Positions 35,901 through 49,021 of a stretch of DNA of 64,000 nucleotides are shown here, piece by piece. The stretch is from the NCBI GenBank assembly GCA_010909165.1, contig VJWM01000223.1, positions 186,001-250,000 on the forward strand, written 5' to 3'. The DNA comes from Anthoceros angustus (taxonomy: Eukaryota > Plantae > Anthocerotophyta). How positions within the stretch are numbered: the stretch's first letter is position 1; each line of letters starts with the position of its first letter. The position numbers and the translations under genes are program-made. The notes beneath the pieces are model-generated. The model did not search any database and was not told the origin of the DNA. It worked only from the letters and a program-made list of their open reading frames with translations.

Positions 35901-37976
35901 TATCTGCACCATTGCAGCGAGTGTCTACCTTTGTTGGACAGCAAACTAGCATGGCCCATTCTGTGCAGCCAGCTGCACTTCGGGAACATGCACAACCAGC
36001 AGGTGGTGAGCAGCCTGGTGCAGTTCCGGGACGACCATTAGAGCATGATCAACACCTTGTGCATCATCCTTCATCTTCTGGCCTTCAGTCTCAGCAACCT
36101 CAGCCTCTTCAGCAGCCACACTCTATACCTTCTCAGCTTGCTGTCTCTAATCTGAAGGAAGTTGGGGAGTCTGCAAACTTGAGCCAGCAAGATCGGCAAG
36201 ATGTTCCATCTGCTATCCAGCAGAATGAGCAACAGCAGAAGTCAATATTGGAGTTGCCTTCTGGTCATCAACGTCTACAACGACCAGGAGATTTAGAAAG
36301 ACAGGTAATTATATGGTCTGGCAAACATGTGGCTGTTCTGTGTCTGACATTGTAGTCGTTCACTTCTAGATAGAGAGACAATCTGCATGTCCCAGGTTGC
36401 TATGCTGATGCCGTTGTTGTTGACGTTATTTCTCTAGATTGTTCCTAATGTCAAGTACGATGTTTTCAGGCCCATGAGCAGCGCAAGAGAGTAGATGAGC
36501 ACCAGCGTCTGGCATCCCACTCTGCAAGACAATCTAAACAGACGAGTCCCAAGCAGTCCCTGCGACGTGACAGTGCTGTTGAATCTCAGCAGCCTCATCA
36601 CCAGAAAGGAAGCATTGGCATTGAGCATATGGGTGGCAGGCCCCCAATAGTGCTTCCTCATCAAGATTCTACCTCAAGCCCGCATCAGCACCAGACGTCT
36701 CCAAGCAAAAGTGTTTCAGTGGCCGGTGATGGACCACTGCCAGTTTTGCCATCTATCAAAGAGCAGGCCACACACAGCAAGTCTACGGATCCTGTGTTAC
36801 TGGATGAGAGATCGCTGCTTGCTTGTCTTGTCAGAAGTGTGCCTGCCGAAGCTGTTGCCCGAATTAGAGTCAGCACAACGGTATGACAGCTGTAACAGCT
36901 TTTGTATGATGTACAGAGACACTCATGCATGCACCTCAAGATTCTGACAGGATGTTGTGTCTGTGCAGCTGCCGAACAGGCTTGGAAAGATGCTGGCTCC
37001 TCTCCATTGGCATGATTATAAGAAGCAGTATGGCAGGCTGGATGAGTTCGTCGCCTCCCATGATGAGGTCTGCTTTCTTTTTACTGCTGGTGTGCTTTCC
37101 AAAGCTTTTCAGATGGATCATTGTGACAACCTCTGTTCATGGTTGCAGTTTTTTGTTGTCGATGGCGATTTCATTCATCTTCGGGAAGGAGCACGCGAGG
37201 CTATATCTGCCCTCATTGCTGTAGCAGGAGCAAGGGCTGCAGCAGCTGCTGCACCCGTTGAGCAACTGCAACCGCCTGTAGTTGCTGTGACACCTGTTGC
37301 ACAGTCACAGATGCTGCGCGGAAAGGGTGTGAAGGGCTCCTCGCAGCAGAAGAGCGTGAAATTGACATCCATGTCTCAGCAGGATGACGTCCAGTCAGTG
37401 AGCACAGCGGGGGCTGGAACAGCACTTCCATCGAGCTCTGGAAGTAAGCTCTATGTAGGCTTATCAGTGAGAGGTTTGCCGGGAAATGGAAATGCAACGC
37501 ACTCTTATGTAGACAATGGTGTTGGCTTAGGCTACGCAAATTTTGAGTATGAAGGCGGGGGACATAAAGACGCAGGAGCGGCCTCCAGGGTCAATGGAGG
37601 TCCTTCTACCCCTGTGAGAGGCAGCTATGAAAGTGGGAGCACCATTTCTTATGGCAACTTACCCAACAGCAATGGCAGGAACAACGGATATTTTGGGAAC
37701 AGACATCGTCACAGGTATTTCTGAACTCGGTTTCTTTTCTTTTAAAATATTGCTTCTCCCGCTTTTCATGATGCCAGATCACGTAGTTCTCCTTCTTGAA
37801 AAGGCGCCTCTGAACTGTGATGACGTGTATCTTGATTTTGGATGCAGCCATGCATCTTGATTTTCGATGCCCCCTGTCCTACTCACTCTGGCCCTTCATT
37901 CCGTTGCATGTGAATGTTCAGGAAGCAGGACATTCACAGTAGGCCAGCCGTTCACGTGGCTACCCCGTCCAATTGA
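32945..37976 (+). CDS. Plant-conserved uncharacterised protein: N-terminal SRKEWRAV motif, long coiled coil, Gln/Pro-rich region, C-terminal winged-helix-like domain (multi-exon)
   Basis: Consistent GT-AG exon chain with coiled-coil exons (LQSAEVELRAR, YKDEQLREAQAWI) and the C-terminal block LLDERSLLACLVR...LPNRLGKMLAPLHWHDYKKQYGRLDEFVASH...DGDFIHLREGA. The last exon is less certain. Confidence 0.85.
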
Positions 37977-39041
37977 AGTTCTGATATGGATGGCGCAACC
38001 CTTGGGCCTGGTACTTTCTGGACTAAATTTCATTCGCTTGGAGGTCTTTTCTGGTGCACGCAACCTGTTCACCATCTGAAGTGGATGGCTGTGGATGACA
38101 TTGTGCCTGCAGATCTTGCAAAGGCGCAACACGAGCATCCGGTCACTCCACTGCATCCAGGTCCTGGGCAAGCATTTTTAATCCTTTGATTGTTGAGCTG
38201 GGAAGCCTCATGAGTGGGAACAGGTGTGTCACACATTCGGTGTTGACAAAAATTCCAATTCTACGGAGGGTACAAGTCTAGGTCAAGCGTCAAGCAGGGC
38301 CCGCAACATGTCCCATGCTCTTGGTGCATGAGCGGGAAGCTGCGAGCGTGTAATAGTGGCCCGATTCTTCGAACATGGATTTTCCCTCGCCTACTGGTAG
38401 TCCTCGGGTTGCCTCTTTGCAACGTAATTTTGGCGATCGTGGGTCTCTGGTTTCTACCCCGCACAATGGCGTGCATCGGGTGACGTCATACGACGCCTCG
38501 CCACGCCCGGGCCGGCCATTTCCGAAACTCGTGCAACATGTTGGATAGTGCTCTAAACAAGTGGATCTCAATCCTCGGCGAGCAGACGTGGACGCAGGCT
38601 ATGGATGGGATCTCGAAGACGTAGCCCATGATGACTTGGATGGACGGACATCCTACCTTCGTTCCCGGCGTGGTCGGAGAACGTTGGCGCCCTTTCAGTC
38701 GCTGAACGTCCTGTTGTGTGCAAAAGCATAATTCGTAAGTTGGCGAGGCTTCCGACATTCTTCTACATATGTACGTTCCCATCGCGATCGGAGGGCCTGA
38801 TGGTTTGGTTGCATTCCGTGAACGGCCCATTATGTGTGGAAAACTTGGTACCTTTGGGGAAGCCTCAAGAGCGTGAAGTCCCTCCGTGCCCCCGACTTGG
38901 AACATCGAGCCAGAATTCGGAGTGGTTCCAAGCAAGTTCCTTGTATGTATCTTGCCAGCATCCAGGACCGGGAGTCATTCCTTCGTGGTTGCTCGATCCC
39001 AGTCTTACCCTGTTGCCGGGCCCGGCCCAGATTTGGTTGCA

Positions 39042-41589
39042 ATGGCCAGCTCGCAGCAGCTGCTGTCCTCTTTTGTTCACGTGCCTGCGGGATCTCCATT
39101 TCCCATCCAGAACCTCCCGTACGGAGTGTTTCGGCCTGATGCTACACAAACACGTCGGCCAGGCGTTGCAATTGGCGACCATGTGCTGGACCTGCGCGTC
39201 ATCGCCGAGGCTGGTCTCTTCTCCGATCCTTTACTGTCACATTCCGACTGCTTCCTCCAGGTTCCTCCTTTTCTCCTGCTCCTGGCTTTCCATGCACGGC
39301 TTGATTTGTTGGAATTTCTCTAATTTTATGGAGTTTCTGTTGGCAGGAGTCCCTCAATGCGTTCATGGGACTCGGGAGACCGGCTTGGCTCCAGGCCAGA
39401 GCAACGCTGCAAAGGCTTCTGTCAGGTGTGCTCTCACCTCGCATTGCACCCGAACCGCTAGATCCCAGACGGGCACAACCGATGATGCTTTTTTTTTTTT
39501 GGTTTCTCTGAGATCACGAACTGGTTTTGCAGCCGAGGAACCAACGCTGCGCGACAATCCTGATCTGAGGTCCCGAGCTCTTCTCTTGAGGGTAATTGAT
39601 TGGGGTGAAGTCTGAAAGGTTCACCAAGGACATGTTGTGTCGCATGTGGGTCACCATTTGTGCATGCTTTTCTCCTGCTCAGAACCAGGTGAAGATGGAG
39701 TTACCAGCAGTTATCGGCGATTACACAGATTTTTTTTCCTCCAAAGAGCATGCAGTCAACTGTGGGACAATGTTCCGAGGACCAGCGAATGCCCTCAATC
39801 CAAATTGGTACGGTCCGTTATGCTGAGACTCTGAAGAAGAGTAAGAAGAACCGGGGGAGATTTCATCCTGTGAACCCGAAGTGCCCACATCTTTGGAACA
39901 AGCAAAGAGTAATTCTGATTCCGTTCGTTCCTTCTCACAGGCTTCAGATGCCAATAGCATATCATGGAAGATCTTCGTCAGTTGTCATATCTGAAACAGA
40001 TATCATCCGTCCTTGGTGAGGTTTGAGTCGTGAGGTAATTCAGTCTCCCTTCCAAAATGCTGTGTCGGAGTCTTACTCAAAGCTTGTCACCTTTCAGCGG
40101 CCAGACACAGCCTGCAAACGAGTCCTCGTTGCCGGAATTCAAACCATCAGCCTTTTTCGATTTTGAGCTTGAAATGGTGGGTGATTTTGTGCTATTTCGC
40201 TGAAGTTGCCATTTCTGTGTTAAGATCTCGTGCAGAGAATGGATTTCTTGTGTTTCTGCAGGCTCTGTTTGTAGGTCCTGCCAATGAACTGGGGAAACCT
40301 ATAAAGCTGGAAAATGCTGCAGATCACATATTTGGTTTAGTTCTCATGAATGATTGGAGTGGTATACCCCATACTGCTCCTGTGGCGCTTTTCTGCTTTT
40401 GAGTGCTCCAGGTGTTCAGACCAGCATGACTGACATAGTTGCTTGTTGGTTCAACAGCGAGGGACATCCAAAAATGGGAATATATCCCACTAGGCCCATT
40501 CTTAGGAAAGAATTTTGGTGAGTTGCTCTCGGCTTGTCTGTTTGTGCCATGGTTGAAGTTGCTCTTGGTTTTTCTGTTTGTGCCAGGGTTGAAGTTGCTC
40601 TTGGCTTTTCTGTTTGTACCATGGGTGAGTTGCTGTTGGCTTCACTTCGTACTATGCGTGGCACCAATTGCCATGAGCCTGCTTACTGTCAGGAACAACT
40701 ATCTCCCCCTGGGTTGTAACTTTGGAAGCTCTTCAGCCATTCACTTGTGAAGCCCCTATACAGGTCGGCCTAACTGGGCTTGAAGTTAGCTGAAATCGTT
40801 CTGCCAGGTTTTTCGTCATGCCCACTCAAATTTGTATCACTTTTGCAGGACCCAGCTCCGCTGCCATATCTCAGAGGACCTCGGACAACATTTGACATTC
40901 CGGTACAGGTGAGGCCCATTTTTCCATCAGCCTTTTCAAGGAGGTATTGGCCAGAGACAAACGGAACTGACTTATGCAGTGGGCATTGACAGGTGGCTAT
41001 AATACCTGAAGGAGAGGAGAGAGCATCAGTTGTTTCCAGGAGCAACTTTAAGTACTTGTAAGCTTGTTGATTCTCGAGTTGACCAGTATTTACAGTACGT
41101 TTGAGTGTATGGAAAGTTCATACCTTGTGCAGATACTGGACTATGCTGCAGCAGATTGCTCACCATACGGTTAACGGCTGTAATTTGCGACCCGGTGATC
41201 TGCTGGCATCTGGCACCATCAGTGGACCGGTCAGCCATCTACGCGTCTTGCCGTTCATTATTTGTGAAACTTGGTACAGCTGCTGACTGGCAAGTGCGCT
41301 GTCTGCAGGAGCCACAAAACATGGGTTCGATGATCGAGCTATCATGGGGTGGTAAAAACGAGGTGAAGCTGGAGCACGGTGGCACTCGCAAGTTTCTCGA
41401 AGACGGGGATGAAGTTGTCATGACTGCGTCTTGTGTGGTAGGCTTGTCTTCAAAGTTGTTGTATGGGAAGAATTTCGCCACTCAATTGATGAGCGATGGT
41501 GGTGAAACTTGCAGGGCCCCGGTTTCATTGTTGGCTTCGGGGAGTGTCGCGGCCGGGTACTGCCGAGCAAACAGCTGACGACGTCTTGA
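39042..41589 (+). CDS. FAH: Fumarylacetoacetase (tyrosine catabolism; multi-exon)
   Basis: [118 protein letters not shown]. Confidence 0.96.
40519..40645. repeat. 36-bp intronic minisatellite (about 3 copies) in FAH
   Basis: Repeated gaagttgctcttggtttttctgtttgtgccagggtt-like units. Confidence 0.85.
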
Positions 41590-41798
41590 CGAACGCCCGA
41601 CGATAGCTACGAAGAGTTAGTCATGCGCTTACATGTCAGCCGGCTTGATTTATCGCGTTTGCGTTTCGTCACTTCTGCTGCCTCGTTCCGTCCAGGATAT
41701 TGGCGCCCTCGCCGTTTTCTAGGTACAGTCGGCCCCACTAATTGGGAACTCTGTAAATGGGATTCCTCATTCCTCTCGAGATGGGACCTCTCATGTTA

Positions 41799-42008
41799 TC
41801 CAAATGGCTTAGGCCAAATGGACACACATTTATAAGAATGCTGTGATTAAGCATCCTGAGCTTAGATCGGTACTTAGATGGGGTGCCTAAAGGGAGTGGA
41901 TGCCCTTGGTGCAAGTAGCTTAGGCACACCATGGTACAAGTTCTTAAGTACCAAGTCCCATGACGGAAATCCGTCCTTAGTGGACTTAAATAAAATTCTT
42001 CTTCTTCC
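41799..42008 (+). repeat. Longest copy of the dispersed (CTT)n-tailed SINE/LINE-3'-like family
   Basis: Ends in the hairpin gacggaaatccgtc, then aataaaa, then (ttc)n. Homologous to 2663-2711, 2986-3180 and 16867-17018. Confidence 0.8.
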
Positions 42009-43698
42009 TCTACTCCCTTTAGTTTACAGTGTAAAAAATGGGATTTTTTCCTAAATAGTAATTAAGACTTTTGAAACATACATTCATGTTAGTTTCACCT
42101 GTCTTAATGAGATTTTTATTTTTATTTCTTAAAATAATTTTCAAAAAAAAAGAATCGATAATTTCATAGCACAAAAGACTTTTAGGTGTGATTGAAGACT
42201 CCTAAGCTAAGCTTTTTCCTTTATGATAGGTAGAGGTTTTTTAATGCTGCTTAGAGAGAGTGCTAGCTGTCAAGCAACTATATAAAGAAGTGGTAAAAGT
42301 TATTTTTAGTGAAACCTATCAATCAAAATTTAAATTTTTCTTTTTTGGGGTTTTTTTATTTTATAAAAGTTCATAATATTTTTATTAGTCTTTAAATAGG
42401 GAAAAGGTAATTGGGACACCTCCCTTAATGGGACCTCTAAGGCACTCCAAACCAGTCCCAATTAGGGGGGGAGGATTGTATATCACCCGCCGAGATAACC
42501 AAGCATGACGTACGCCAGGTGCCTCTGCCGGCAACTGCGGAGCAAAATGGTATTACGTAATCATCAGTTTCGGAATCGGAACAATGATTGGGCGAAATTA
42601 GTTGCGGTGTTAATAAGCGGTGAGGCTTTAACTCTAGGGGAACTGATTTAGAACCTGTTACAATGACCCTGTCTAGGAAGAGCTTCTGGTTACGGACATC
42701 TCTGGTCTGTACAACCAGAGATGTCCGTGTCATGCCCTCGCCGAGGGCTCTTCTGACAGACTCATGCTCATAGGCGGCGGAAGCAGTGCGCCTCACCACT
42801 CAAATTTGTCCCATTGTTTCTGTAACCTTGTGGTCTTCCCATGACCCGTTGTAGCTAAATAAGCGACGCATCCTCAAATGGGGACAGGCACAACAGGTGT
42901 CTGGGCAGGAGATATGGCCGCGTAGTTGTAATTGCAGACCCTATATCTCTGCTTCATATCATGTTTTTGTTTTTCCTCATAAGAAGTGCCTGCAATTAAC
43001 CATTGCGTGTGTATGATCATATAGAGACAGAAGATGTTCCTCACGAAGTCACAGGCCCTCAAGACCTAACAGCATCAGGCTCCATACCCGTGCCAACTTT
43101 GAGTATGCTGCCCCCCATCCCAGTTTATCCTCCTAGGTCACCTCCAGATACATGGCCAATGGAAAAACTCCGTAGAGGTCCGATGCGTATTGATCCTTAC
43201 CGTCATCCAGATGTGAGATATGACCAGAGACACTTTGAGGAGGACAGAGAAAAGATCTAAGGGATGATAAGAAGAAGGATAGCCCGCCTAGAGCAGGACA
43301 TCCAAGACCTACACTCACTGGATGCACAGTGGGAAGAATAGATAGTGCCCGAAGCATCTTCAGAAGGTAAATATAAAGAAGGTGGCTTCAGAATTAGCTA
43401 AATAGAATCTGCACTAGTACTTGTTAGTTGAAAATACTAACCCTTAGATCAATTACTTGTCAGTTCACGATTTGATTAAAGCTATATGCTTCATCCACTG
43501 AACTGACCTGTAATGTGCACACAACTTAACAGAAAAAAAAGCCTTTACACTGACCATGGATGCCTTGAAACATGTAAACAAACTCAGGTGGCAAAAACTA
43601 GCAAGCTAAGGAGTTAGCAGCTAGTAAAAGTCCAAACTGAAAAACTATGAAATTTTGTCAGAGGCCACCTTGACGGTCCAAGTAGTAAGACTGTTAAA

Positions 43699-46600
43699 TT
43701 AGAAATGAAACTCACTAAGACCTAGAGACTCTAGGTGCTTAAAGTGCTTAATTTTAGGAAGAGCCTTAGTTAAAATATCAGCGGTGTTATCTTCTATGCT
43801 GATATACTTAACCTTTACTATTCCTCTCTCGGCAACATCCTGGATATAATGGTGATAGAGCTCTATATATTTAGTCCTAGCATGAAACCTAGGGTTAGCA
43901 ACTAAAGCTATAGCACCCATATTATCACAAAGCAGACTAGTAGGATCAGTTTGTGACTGATTTACAGCATCAAGAAATTGACGTTCCCACTCTGCCTCCT
44001 TGCAGGCATCTGTCAGGGCTTTGTACTCGGCTTCAGTAGAAGACAAGGCAAGAGAAGCTTGTTTCTTGCAACTCCAACTAACTGACCCAAAGGCTAGAAG
44101 GAAACAATAAGTGAAAGACTCTTTCACAGACGATTGACGCCCAATCGGCATCGAAAAGAGGTAAGTAAAAGTGACTTGCTCCCACTTGCTGAATATTGTA
44201 AACCATAGGAAAAGGTGCCCTTGATATAACGATAGATACGCTTAATGTCCGGCGAGGTCGCTAAGGAACTGCGAAACCATACTAACACCTGATGTCGAGT
44301 CGAGTCGCCCAATTGGCGGAAAATCAAACACCAACCTCTGTGCAAGGAACAAATGCTATCTTTAAGATCTGCACTCGAGGAGCTTGATCTATACTAAGCT
44401 TTTCCCCACCGCGAGGGAGTCGTAACCGGCCTCATCCATATGAAAGCGTTTAAGAATTTCTTTGATGTACTTAGTTTGATGAAGAATAATGTGACCTGCA
44501 GCCCTGTGACGCAAAATCTGGATGCCGAGACAGAACTGCAGATCCCCTTGATCAGTCATTTCAAACTCAACACGAAGCATAGTCTTAACTTTCTCTAGTT
44601 GTGGAGTACTATTACTAAGGAGAACGCAATCATCCACGTAAAGTGCTAGAACAATAAAAAGACCACCCAGGGAAAGGTAAAACACATTGTTGTCCGCTAG
44701 GGATTGTAGAAAACCTAGCTTCTTCAAGTACTTCACAATCCGCTTGTACCACGCTCTTGGACTTTGTTTCAAGCCGTAAATAGTCTTTAGCAGCTTGCAA
44801 ACTTTCCTAGCCCATTTTTTGTTGATGAAGCCTTCTGGTTGCTGCATGTATAAAACTTCTTCTAACTCCCTGCACAGGAAAGCTGTCCATACGTCCATCT
44901 GTTGGACTTCAAGATCATACTCTGCAGCCATGGCTAGCAACATATGGACAGAAGGTGGCTTCACAACCGGTGAGAAGGTATCGCCATAATCAATACCAGA
45001 TATTTGACTAAACCCCTCGCAACCAAGCGTGATTTATATCTAGCCACAGTTCCATCCGACTTGAGCTTGGTCTTGAAGACCCACTTACAGCTAATAGGTT
45101 TTCTGCCAGGTGGAAGATCAACAAGTTCCCAAGTGTTATTCTTCATAAGAGAGTTGTACTCATCATCAATCGAAATCCGCCAATGGTGTCCATCTGGTCC
45201 GTGGATTGCTTCCTCATAGGACTGCGGATCTCGGCCTACATCAGGTACATGTAGGCTAGAAACATGGGCACCATGCTTTCTGAAATCCACAGGCTGATAA
45301 GGAGGCTCAGCCCACTGCTCAGGATTTCTGCGCTCACGAGCAGGATACTGTGGAACAGGGTCTTCACGAGGTGGAGAGGAAGGCCTGTCACTGTCAGCAG
45401 ATCCTTCCAGATCATCATCAGCAGCAGAAAAATGACCAACACCATCCATTGATGCATTCTCATTAAGGTCAGCATCAGCTGTTTCTTCCCCTTCCTCATG
45501 TTGAGAAGTAGCTGAAGATTCTAGGTGGGCTTCGGACTCACCATCAGAAAATGGATAATCAGCAAAAAGAGCGGGAGAAGAATCAACATATGGAGGACTA
45601 GGTGTGTCATCTTCTGAATTTTCAGTTTCAGCGGACTCATGTGAAGGAGAAAATGCAGACCTGAGTCTTCTATAGTGTTAGGAGAATGTAGTTCACAAAA
45701 GGTGACACTACGAGCAAGTGTGAGTTTCCTGGTCTTCAGGTCATACAGCTTGTAGGCTTTACTTTCCTCAGAATAGCCTACTAAGAAATAGGGCCTGGAC
45801 CTATCATCTAACTTCCGACGTTTGAATACAAGAATGAACACAAAAGCAGGGGAGCCAAAGACATGAAGATGCAGCAAACTGGGTTTCTTGCTCCAAAAGG
45901 CTTTAAAAGGGGTTGTATCCGGTAAAGAGGCTGTGGGAACTCTGTTTAAGATATAAGTAGCCGTCACAATCGCCTCTGCCCAATATCCCTTTGGAAGTCC
46001 TGATTAGGAGAGCATACTACATGTCATCCCCATCAAAGTCTGATTTTTTTCTCTCAGCCACTCCATTTTGCTGCGGAGTGTATAGAACCGTGAGTTGCCT
46101 GCGAATTCCATTTTTCTGAAAAAGATCATCATACTTCTGCCCAAGAAATTCTCCACCATTATCAGTCCGTAGACATTTAACTAACTTGTCAGTATGTCGT
46201 TGAACCAGGGGAATCCAAGCGACTATCTTATCAAATGCCTCACTCTTCAACTTCAAAGGAAATGTCCAAGTGAATCGAGAATAGTCATCTGTAAGAGTTA
46301 GATAATACCAAGCAGCCCCCAAGGAAGAGACTTGCAGCTTGCCAGCAATATCAGCATGGACAAGCTCAAGTACCTCAGTAGCCCTAGTAGCATCCTTGTT
46401 CTTGAAAGATAATTCCTTCTGCTTGGATAAGATACATGATTTGCAAGCAGGAAGGTACTTGAATTGAGCTTGAAGTTTCTCCTTGTAAATGTCCATAGAA
46501 GACATCAAGCTCAATTTTGCCTTGTTTATATGACCAAGGCGAGCATGCCAAAGTTCAGCAACTGTTTTGGCCGATGTAGCAACAGCAACCTGCTGAACTT

Positions 46601-49021
46601 GGGACATCACTTGTAGCTGATAAAGTTCATTAACCAGTACACCTTTTGCTATGCACAGATCAGGGCTGGAAATTATACAAGCAGCAGCTGTTCAATTCAC
46701 ATTTGAACCCAACCAAAGCTGATTGTGTAAGAGCTCTTATAGAGAGCAAATTCTTCGACATTCCAGGAACGAAGAGAACATCCAGCAACTGCAACTATGA
46801 ACCATCAACAAGAGGTATGTCAACTGAACCACTACCCTTCACATCAACTCCACGAGACCAACACATGAATCCCCCACATAGACCAACTGCTTCTCCTTCC
46901 GACGGAAGGTTGAGAATAGAGTCGATTGTTATAGACATGGGCCAGAGCCCAGTCTATGAACCAAAGTGGGAGACTTCACGAAAGTGCAAGCGGGAAGGTC
47001 CTTGAATTGAGCTTGAAGTTTCTCCTTGTAAATGTCCATAGAAGACATCAAACTCAATTTTGCCTTGTTGATATGACCAAGGCGAGCATGCCAAAGTTCA
47101 AGAATGTTTTGCCGATGTAGCAACAGACACGAACTTGGGACATCACTTGTAGTGATAAAGTTCATTAACCAAGACACCTTTGCTATGCATGATCGTGGAA
47201 ATTATACAAGCAAGCTCAATTCACATTGAACCCAACCAAAGGATTGTGTAAGAGCTCTTATAGAGAGCAAATTCTTCGACATTCCGTGAACGAAGAGAAC
47301 ATCCAGAATTGCAACTATGAACCATCAACAAGAGGTATGTCAATCAACCACTACCCTTCACATCAACTCCACGAGAATCCCCACATAGACCAACCGCTTC
47401 TCCTTCCGACGGAAGGTTGAGAATAGAGTCGATTGTTATAGACATGGGCCAGAGCCCAGTCTATGAACCAAAGTGGGAGACTTCACGAAAGTGCAAGCGG
47501 GAAGGTCCTTGAATTGAGCTTGAAGTTTCTCCTTGTAAATGTCCATAGAAGACATCAAGCTCAATTTTGCCTTGTTTATATGACCAAGGCGAGCATGCCA
47601 AAGTTCAACTTTTGCCGATGTAGCACAAGACTTTCTGAACTTGGGACATCACTTGTAGTGATAAAGTTCATTAACCGACACCTCTTGCTATGCACGGATC
47701 GGGAAATCTTATACAAGCGGTGTTCAATTCACATTGAACCCAACCAAGGCGATTGTGTAAGAGCTCTTATAGAGAGCAAATTCTTGACATTCGACGAAGA
47801 GAACATCCAGCAACTGCAACTATGAACCATCAACAAGAGGTATGTCAACTGAACCACTACCCTTCACATCAACTCCACGAGACCAACACATGAATCCCCC
47901 ACATAGACCAACTGCTTCTCCTTCTGACTGTGGAAGGTTGAGAATAGGAGTCGATTGTTATAGACATGGGCTGTAGCCCCAGAGTCTATGAACCAAAGTG
48001 GAGAGACTTCACGGAAAGCATAAGGCAGACAGTTAGAACAGAAGAACTACTCTTAGATGCGGACTGCGAGGAAGATCCCTTGGAAGCTACATGAGCTATA
48101 GGTTTGGAATCCTTCCATGGCTCACCAGCCTTCTTCTTGCGACAATCTCGTTCCCAATGACCTGGAATTTGACACCAATTGCAGGTACCTTCACGTTTGG
48201 CAGCAGCGGGAGCAGGTGTTGGGTACTTCTTCTTCTTCCCCTTGTCTCTCCCCTGCCCAAACGTTTTTCCCTTGAATGCAACAAGGACCTTATCCGTGCG
48301 CACCCTTGCGGTGCCACCAGATCGTGTCCTACTGTGTTCCTCTTGATGTAGAGCGCCAATGAGCTCATTGAGGGTAAGAGTGGGTGCGCCTTTTCACTGG
48401 AGAACAACGAAGAATTTTGACTTGAGACAAATTGCTGATAGGAGGGAGGAGGTGGATAGAGTGAGCCACAACATCAGTATCCTCAAGCTTGCTTCCAAGC
48501 ATGGAGAGCTGCGCCTTGAGGTATCTGAATTTGCTGATGTGCGCTCCTATAGTATCTCCTTCCTTCATCCTTAACCCATAGAAGTCATTTCTTGCAGCAA
48601 CTAAGGTTAGGATGTTTTGTACTTGATAGGTGTCCTTGATTGTCTCAGGCGTCCGATTGGTAGAAACTCAACCTCTCCGATTGGCCTCATCCAAACCAGA
48701 TAGCAAAATGGCAAATGCAATTTTGTTGCCTTTGTTAATTTGGCTATCTCTTCGTAATACTGGTTCTTTGGTTGGGAATAGAACTATCCACAAATTCCCA
48801 AACATCATGTGCATCGAGAAGGCCTTCATCCTAGCTATGACTCTGTACCTTGAGTTTGCCATCAAACCTGTCCTTCTCCTTAAATTCTCCTCTGTATGAT
48901 GTTCCTCCAGCCATTTTGATAAAAATAGGAGGAATAGGTGGAGAGAAGGAATGAAGTTAAGAAAATCTGCTTCAGTCTCTATGCCCTCATCTAAGTCATC
49001 ATAAAGTCCCACCTGTATCAA
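43699..49021 (-). mobile_element. Decayed Ty1/copia LTR retrotransposon internal region (gag-PR-INT-RT-RNase H)
   Basis: Zinc knuckle CNWCQIPGHWERDC, protease WFIDSGATAH, LWHARLGH, integrase TDDYSRFTW / RTDNGGEF / PQQNGVAERK, RT ALYVDD and YGLKQSPRAW, RNase H SSTEAEY and ADILTKAL. Many frameshifts; no paired LTRs found. Confidence 0.95.
46451..48020. repeat. Triple tandem repeat (about 543, 507 and 520 bp) of the copia protease/pre-integrase segment
   Basis: ttgaattgagcttgaag recurs at 46459, 47002 and 47509. Both internal junctions share the sequence cttcacgaaagtgcaagcgggaagg. Confidence 0.9.

Noticed and set aside
38260-38935. Minus-strand ORFs upstream of FAH
   Set aside because: No motifs or splice structure; treated as promoter/intergenic DNA.
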